Source: Bacteroidota bacterium (lineage in GTDB: Bacteria > Bacteroidota > Bacteroidia > Bacteroidales > JACABE01). From it: 64,000 bases of DNA. Position 1 is the stretch's first letter, and each line of letters begins with the position of its first letter. The stretch is taken from contig JAPLDQ010000048.1 of the NCBI GenBank assembly GCA_026391675.1, positions 13,850 through 77,849 on the forward strand, written 5' to 3'. Below are positions 58,904 through 64,000 of the stretch, in pieces. The notes beneath the pieces were generated by a model that did no database searches, was not told the origin of the DNA, and saw only the letters and a program-made list of their open reading frames with translations. Both the position numbers and the translations under genes were made by a program.

Positions 58904-59755
58904 ATGGAAATTAAACGTAAGCCCGACTGGCTAAAAATAAAATTATCAAAAGGCAACGATTATCTTAAAGTAAAAGAAATTGTTAAACACCACCAGTTGC
59001 ATACCATATGCGAAAGCGGCGATTGTCCTAACTTAGGTGAATGCTGGAGCAGAGGTACCGCAACTTTTCTGATACTGGGAAATATCTGTACCCGAAACTG
59101 TAAATTCTGCAATGTAACTACCGGTAAACCTTTGCCTCCTGAAAAGGAAGAACCAGAAAATATTGCAAATTCCATCAAACTGATGAAATTGAAACATTGC
59201 GTAATTACTTCAGTTGACCGCGATGACCTGGCTGATTACGGTGCTGCTCACTGGGCTGAAACAATATTAAAAGTTAAGGAAATTAATCCTGATACGACCA
59301 TAGAGGTTTTAATTCCGGATTTTCAGGGAAATAAAGATTCCTTGCAAAAAGTAATGGATGCCAAACCTGAAATAATTTCTCATAATCTGGAAACGGTAGA
59401 ACGATTAACACCTTTAATAAGAAGCAGGGCAAAATACCGTTTAAGTCTGGAAGTACTGGAATATATTGCTAAAGGAGGTGTAACTTCAAAATCAGGCATT
59501 ATGCTTGGATTAGGAGAAAAAGAAGAAGAAATATTGCAAACTATGGATGATTTATTGGCTGTAAACTGCAAAATCATTACCATTGGTCAGTATTTGCAGC
59601 CAACCAGACAAAATATTGCAGTGGAAGAATACATTACACCGGAACGTTTTGAATTTTACAGATTAAAGGCTTTGGAAAAAGGCTTTGAATTTGCCGAGAG
59701 TGCACCAATGGTCAGGTCTTCCTATCATGCAGAAAATCAAATAAAAGTACAATAA
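58904..59755 (+). CDS. lipA: Lipoyl synthase
   Basis: CESGDCPNLGEC and radical-SAM CTRNCKFC cysteine clusters. 283 aa. Confidence 0.95.
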   Translation: MEIKRKPDWLKIKLSKGNDYLKVKEIVKHHQLHTICESGDCPNLGECWSRGTATFLILGNICTRNCKFCNVTTGKPLPPEKEEPENIANSIKLMKLKHCVITSVDRDDLADYGAAHWAETILKVKEINPDTTIEVLIPDFQGNKDSLQKVMDAKPEIISHNLETVERLTPLIRSRAKYRLSLEVLEYIAKGGVTSKSGIMLGLGEKEEEILQTMDDLLAVNCKIITIGQYLQPTRQNIAVEEYITPERFEFYRLKALEKGFEFAESAPMVRSSYHAENQIKVQ

Positions 59756-59767
59756 TAATCCGCAGTA

Positions 59768-60463
59768 ATGTCAAAAAAAACAATATTTCATACTTTTCAG
59801 GAAATAGATTATAAAGCCTGCTGGGATTATCAGGAAGAATTATTCAACCAGATTCTTACTGAAAAGCGACAGGATAAAACTGATATCATCAATCATCTGA
59901 TTTTCTGCCAGCATCCCCATGTATATACATTAGGCAAGAGTGGTTCAGAAGACAACATGCTGATTAATTACATTCAGTTGCAGGCAAAAAAAGCCAGTTT
60001 TTATAAGATTAACCGTGGTGGTGATATTACCTATCATGGGCCCGGTCAGTTGGTTGGCTATCCAATTTTAAACTTAACTGCATTTAATTTGGGCATAAAG
60101 GAATATATTTATAATCTTGAAGAATCCATTATTCTTAGCCTGCAGCATTATAATATTCAATCAACAAGACTGGATGGTGCAACAGGAGTCTGGCTGGATA
60201 TACACAATCCTAAAAAGACGAGAAAAATATGTGCAATCGGCGTCAGGACAAGCCATTGGGTGAGTATGCATGGCTTTGCATTTAATATCAATACCGATCT
60301 GGATTATTTTAATTATATCAATCCCTGTGGATTTACGGATAAAACTGTAACTTCGCTTGAAAAAGAATTGGGTAAAAAACTTGATTTTGATGAAGTTTCA
60401 GAAATTGTAAAATCAAACTTACAAAAAGTTTTTAATTTTGAATTTATCAACTACGAAAGCTAA
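59768..60463 (+). CDS. lipB: Octanoyltransferase (lipoyl(octanoyl) transferase)
   Basis: RGGDITYHGPGQLVGYPI, the KICAIGV lysine and PCG motifs. Confidence 0.92.
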   Translation: MSKKTIFHTFQEIDYKACWDYQEELFNQILTEKRQDKTDIINHLIFCQHPHVYTLGKSGSEDNMLINYIQLQAKKASFYKINRGGDITYHGPGQLVGYPILNLTAFNLGIKEYIYNLEESIILSLQHYNIQSTRLDGATGVWLDIHNPKKTRKICAIGVRTSHWVSMHGFAFNINTDLDYFNYINPCGFTDKTVTSLEKELGKKLDFDEVSEIVKSNLQKVFNFEFINYES

Positions 60464-60548
60464 AAAATTCATTTTAATCAGTTAATTGTTGCGTTTTTTT
60501 AGCAGAAAAATGATAATTTAGCTATCTTTGTAATAATAAATTTATAAA

Positions 60549-60833
60549 ATGGAATTATCAGAAAGAATCTTTTGGGATATAAATGTATCAGAAATTGACT
60601 TTGATAAAAATCCGGAATTTATCATTGAAAGGGTGGTATTATATGGTTCAATGGATGACTGGAGATACATTTTACAGAAGTTTGGAAAAGAAAAGCTAAA
60701 GTCTTATGTTTTAAATATTAAAACACTTGATTGCAAAACACTTAGCTTTTTAAGTTCGTATTTTGATATACCTAAAGAAAAATTTAAATGCTTTGCACAG
60801 AATCCGTTGACATCCGGACACTGGATATCTTAA
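60549..60833 (+). CDS. Small DUF6922-like protein, putative partner/antitoxin of the downstream nucleotidyltransferase
   Basis: 94 aa with FWDINVSEIDFDKNPEFIIERVVLYGSMDDW. The family name is from memory. It overlaps the next ORF by 46 nt. Confidence 0.5.
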   Translation: MELSERIFWDINVSEIDFDKNPEFIIERVVLYGSMDDWRYILQKFGKEKLKSYVLNIKTLDCKTLSFLSSYFDIPKEKFKCFAQNPLTSGHWIS

Positions 60834-61396
60834 GACAAATAATGCAAATGCCTGCATTTGAATATTTTTCTCTTGCAGGAGGAACATCATTGGCTTTACA
60901 AATCGGTCATCGAATATCTGTAGATTTAGATTTTTTCGGAAACCACCCAATAAATAAAGAAGAAACTTTTGATTTGTTAAGTACATTCGGTGCTCTTAAA
61001 CTGATAACTCATACAAACAATATTCTAATTTTTGAATTGAATGGCATTAAAATAGATTTTGTTAATTATCGTTATAATTTACTAATGCCTTTAGTAAAAG
61101 TTGACAATATCCGTTTGTATCATAAAGCAGATATTGCTGCAATGAAATTAGCCGCAATTGCAGGCAGAGGTAAAAAGCGTGATTTTATTGATTTGTTCTT
61201 TCTGTTAAATGAATATTCAATGAAAGAAATGATAAATTTTTATAATCAAAAATATCCTGATGGTTCAGAATTTCTTGTTATTAAAAGCTTAACATATTTT
61301 GATGATGCCGAACAGGATATTTCCCCGGCTATATTAAAAACTATTCAATGGGAAGAAGTTAAATCGAAGATAGTTAGTGAAGTTAAACAATATTAA
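60788..61396 (+). CDS. AbiEii/AbiGii-like nucleotidyltransferase (type IV toxin-like)
   Basis: Pol-beta NTase motif AGGTSLALQIGHRISVDLDFF (GG-x12-DLD) and a later KLAAIAGRGKKRDFIDLFFL motif. An alternative start at ATG 60842 would remove the overlap. Confidence 0.6.
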   Translation: MLCTESVDIRTLDILRQIMQMPAFEYFSLAGGTSLALQIGHRISVDLDFFGNHPINKEETFDLLSTFGALKLITHTNNILIFELNGIKIDFVNYRYNLLMPLVKVDNIRLYHKADIAAMKLAAIAGRGKKRDFIDLFFLLNEYSMKEMINFYNQKYPDGSEFLVIKSLTYFDDAEQDISPAILKTIQWEEVKSKIVSEVKQY

Positions 61397-61448
61397 AATC
61401 AGCATTCCTGATAATTGATTAAAGTATTTCTTTAGAATTTAATAAAAA

Positions 61449-61946
61449 ATGAGTAAACAAATTTCAATAATAGTAGCCATAGCCGATAACAATGCCATAG
61501 GTAAGGACAATCAGTTATTATGGCATTTATCGGAAGATTTAAAAAGGTTTAAGTTATTAACTACCCATCATACCATAGTTATGGGGAAAAAAACCTTTGA
61601 AAGCCTTCCCGTTCGTCCCTTGCCAAACAGAAGAAGTATCGTAATTACAGATATTGCTGATGAAAAAATTGATGGATGTGTAATGGCCTACAGCATTGAA
61701 GAAGCAGTTGGATTATGTGATGAAACTGAGGAAAATTTTATCATAGGTGGCGGTAGTGTTTACAAGCAATTTATGTCTATTGCCAATAAATTATACCTGA
61801 CCAAAGTGCACAAAAATTTTGAAGCGGATACATTTTATCCGGAAATTGATTTTTCAGAATGGGAATTAATGGAAAAGCAGGAAAATCTCACAGATGAAAA
61901 GACAGGATTAAATTATTCATATTTAATTTACCAAAGAAAAGCCTGA
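61449..61946 (+). CDS. folA: Dihydrofolate reductase
   Basis: 165 aa with IVAIADNNAIGKDNQLLW, MGKKTFESLP and IIGGGSVY motifs. Confidence 0.93.
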   Translation: MSKQISIIVAIADNNAIGKDNQLLWHLSEDLKRFKLLTTHHTIVMGKKTFESLPVRPLPNRRSIVITDIADEKIDGCVMAYSIEEAVGLCDETEENFIIGGGSVYKQFMSIANKLYLTKVHKNFEADTFYPEIDFSEWELMEKQENLTDEKTGLNYSYLIYQRKA

Positions 61947-62066
61947 AAATTGCACTTTTATAATCTTTAGTTAAATTGCGAATTAATTCAATAAAAAATC
62001 ATTTTTTTTTGATAAAGTAGAAAATTATTGAATATATTTGCAGACGTAAATTTAAAACAAAAAGCT

Positions 62067-62234
62067 ATGTCTTATAAAATTAACGATGATTGTACTGCTT
62101 GTGGTACATGTATTGATGAATGTCCAGTTGAAGCTATTGCTGAAGGTGACATCTATAAAATTGATCCAGACGTTTGTACTGACTGCGGTTCATGTGCTGA
62201 TGTTTGTCCGGTTGAAGCAATTCACCCAGAATAG
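62067..62234 (+). CDS. 2x[4Fe-4S] ferredoxin
   Basis: 55 aa from ATG 62067 with two CxxCxxCxxxCP clusters (CTACGTCIDECP, CTDCGSCADVCP). Confidence 0.9.
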   Translation: MSYKINDDCTACGTCIDECPVEAIAEGDIYKIDPDVCTDCGSCADVCPVEAIHPE

Positions 62235-62256
62235 TATTTAATACTATCATATAAAA

Positions 62257-62287
62257 AGCTCACATTTTAGAATGTGGGCTTTTTTTG
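62257..62287 (+). terminator. Rho-independent terminator after the ferredoxin gene
   Basis: AGCTCACATT / AATGTGGGCT (one G-U pair), a TTAG loop and a T7 tail. Confidence 0.75.
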
Positions 62288-62331
62288 TTTTTTTGATGTT
62301 GATAATACTACTTAAAATCCTGAAAAATGTA

Positions 62332-62339
62332 TACTTTTG
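62332..62339 (+). promoter_or_regulatory. Candidate -7 box (TACTTTTG)
   Basis: Matches TAnnTTTG 80 nt upstream of ATG 62420. Confidence 0.3.
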
Positions 62340-62419
62340 CAGAAAAATTGAGAACAATGAAAAATTTATTTTTATCATTGAAATTCAGTTATTTATACAT
62401 AGATTAATATTACTGTAAT

Positions 62420-63343
62420 ATGGCATTTGTTACAAAAGAAAAATTGTTTTCGAAGCAATGGTTTTTTGCTTACAGTTTAATTGTATTGGGTTCATTTATT
62501 TTGGCAGCCGGATTCGTATTTTTTATCAACCCCTATAACATAGTTCCCGGTGGTGTGTATGGCGTTGGTATTGTGGTGCATCATCTGATACCTAAGATAC
62601 CTGTGGGTTTGTTTGGTTTGGCCATGAATATTCCATTAACCATAATTGGTATAAAGGTTTTGGGCCCACGTTTTGGAGTAAAAACAGTGGTAGGAATGAT
62701 ACTCGCTTCTGTTTTTATGGATATGCTTACCTTTTTTATCGGGGACGAAAATCCAATAACCATGTTGCATGGCAGTATTAATTTGTCCAATGATGTGCTG
62801 CTGGCCAGTGTTTTTGGCGGTGTATTGATTGGATTTGGCCTGGGCTTGATTTTTAAAGCAAAAGCTACTTCAGGCGGTTCTGATATTATTGCGATGGTTA
62901 TTGCAAAATATACACGCCTGCCATTGGGTCAGTTGATGATTTATGTTGATTCTACCATCGTATTAATTGGGCTTATCGTATTCCGCGACTGGAAAATTCC
63001 CTTGTATTCGTGGATAGTAATTTTTATTACCGGAAAAGTTATTGATATAGTGTTACAAGGTGTAAGTTACGATAAAACCTTATTTATTATTTCTGATAAA
63101 CATGAGGAAATAAAGGAAAAAATTCTGGTTGACATTAACAGGGGAGGGACTTTTATTAATGGAAACGGTATGTATAATAATGCCGAAAAGAAAATAATCT
63201 TTACTGTGGTTAACCGCAGAGAATTGGCTATATTGCAGGAATATATCCATCAGATTGACCCCAATGCTTTTTTAACAGTAATTGATGCCAATGAAATATT
63301 GGGTAAAGGTTTCAGATCATTACAGGATAAAATAGATTCATAA
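62420..63343 (+). CDS. YitT-family membrane protein (DUF2179 C-terminal domain)
   Basis: 307 aa with PYNIVPGGVYG, KATSGGSDII, and a C-terminal soluble domain containing GGTFING. Confidence 0.8.
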   Translation: MAFVTKEKLFSKQWFFAYSLIVLGSFILAAGFVFFINPYNIVPGGVYGVGIVVHHLIPKIPVGLFGLAMNIPLTIIGIKVLGPRFGVKTVVGMILASVFMDMLTFFIGDENPITMLHGSINLSNDVLLASVFGGVLIGFGLGLIFKAKATSGGSDIIAMVIAKYTRLPLGQLMIYVDSTIVLIGLIVFRDWKIPLYSWIVIFITGKVIDIVLQGVSYDKTLFIISDKHEEIKEKILVDINRGGTFINGNGMYNNAEKKIIFTVVNRRELAILQEYIHQIDPNAFLTVIDANEILGKGFRSLQDKIDS

Positions 63344-63354
63344 AAATATAAACA

Positions 63355-64000
63355 ATGGCTGTTATTTTCAACGAAAAACGTTTTTCCAAAAAATGGTTCA
63401 GGGATTATAGTTTAATTACTATAGGATCTTTTGCTGTGGCCATGGGTTATGTGTTTTTTATTACACCCTATAAAATAGTTCCCGGGGGAGTTTATGGTAT
63501 CGCTATTGTTTTGCATTATCTTACAGGCTTGCCCGTTGGTTTACTGGCCCTTTGTTTTAATATTCCGCTGACGATTATAGGGGTTAAAATACTGGGCCCG
63601 AGATTTGGTGTCAAAACTGTTGTTACCTTTTTCCTTACAGCTATTTTTGTTGACTTACAGACCTATTTTGTAGGTAACGATCCGCTTAAATTATCACATG
63701 ATATCCTGCTTTCCTGTGTTTTTGGCGGATTGGTAATCGGAATAGGGGTCGGGCTCATTTTAAAAGCAAAAGCTACCAGCGGAGGTTCTGATGTAATTTC
63801 CATGATATTGTCAAAATTTACCAAACTTCCATTGGGTCATTCCATTATGATTGTTGACTCAACCATAGTACTTACAAGTTTAGTAGCTTTTGGCGACTGG
63901 CGCTTACCTTTGTATTCGTGGATTACCATATTCGTTGTTTCAAAGGTAGTTGATACTGTCCTCCAGGGAATAAGTTATGATAAAACCTTGTTTATAATTT
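63355..64000 (+). CDS. Second YitT-family protein, tandem paralog (3' end outside the window)
   Basis: Absent from the ORF track because no stop falls inside the window. ATG 63355 opens MAVIFNEKRFSKKWFRDYSLITIGSF...PYKIVPGGVYG...KATSGGSDVIS, collinear with the upstream paralog. Confidence 0.8.
   Translation, partial: MAVIFNEKRFSKKWFRDYSLITIGSFAVAMGYVFFITPYKIVPGGVYGIAIVLHYLTGLPVGLLALCFNIPLTIIGVKILGPRFGVKTVVTFFLTAIFVDLQTYFVGNDPLKLSHDILLSCVFGGLVIGIGVGLILKAKATSGGSDVISMILSKFTKLPLGHSIMIVDSTIVLTSLVAFGDWRLPLYSWITIFVVSKVVDTVLQGISYDKTLFII

Overview
A low-GC Bacteroidota chromosomal segment. The evidence is four T9SS type-A C-terminal sorting domains, a PorV-like barrel, a GldH-like lipoprotein, TAnnTTTG promoter boxes and an atpBEFHAG operon without atpDC. 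About 56 protein genes are supported, and most are housekeeping: greA, ruvC, recJ, uvrC, pheS, the F-ATPase operon, thyA, lipA, lipB, folA, hppA and plsC. No rRNA, tRNA, CRISPR array, transposase or integrase is visible. There are three accessory-looking parts. (1) A recJ-uvrC gap (6245-15716) holds two long non-coding stretches, a DUF6261-like ORF, a 1817-aa Asp-box/beta-helix T9SS cargo and a second cargo. (2) An ECF-sigma operon is coupled to a TM-anchored beta-barrel protein and a T9SS cargo. (3) A DUF6922/AbiEii-like pair sits between lipB and folA. The signals that gene annotation does not explain are non-coding. One is a five-copy 41-bp tandem array with a covarying hairpin. Another is a window-wide family of 7-9-nt near-tandem 'word stutter' repeats and word-built inverted repeats placed just after stop codons or in divergent promoter gaps. 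The third is a ~72-bp promoter module duplicated in front of two secreted-protein genes. All family names come from reading the translations. No database search was run.
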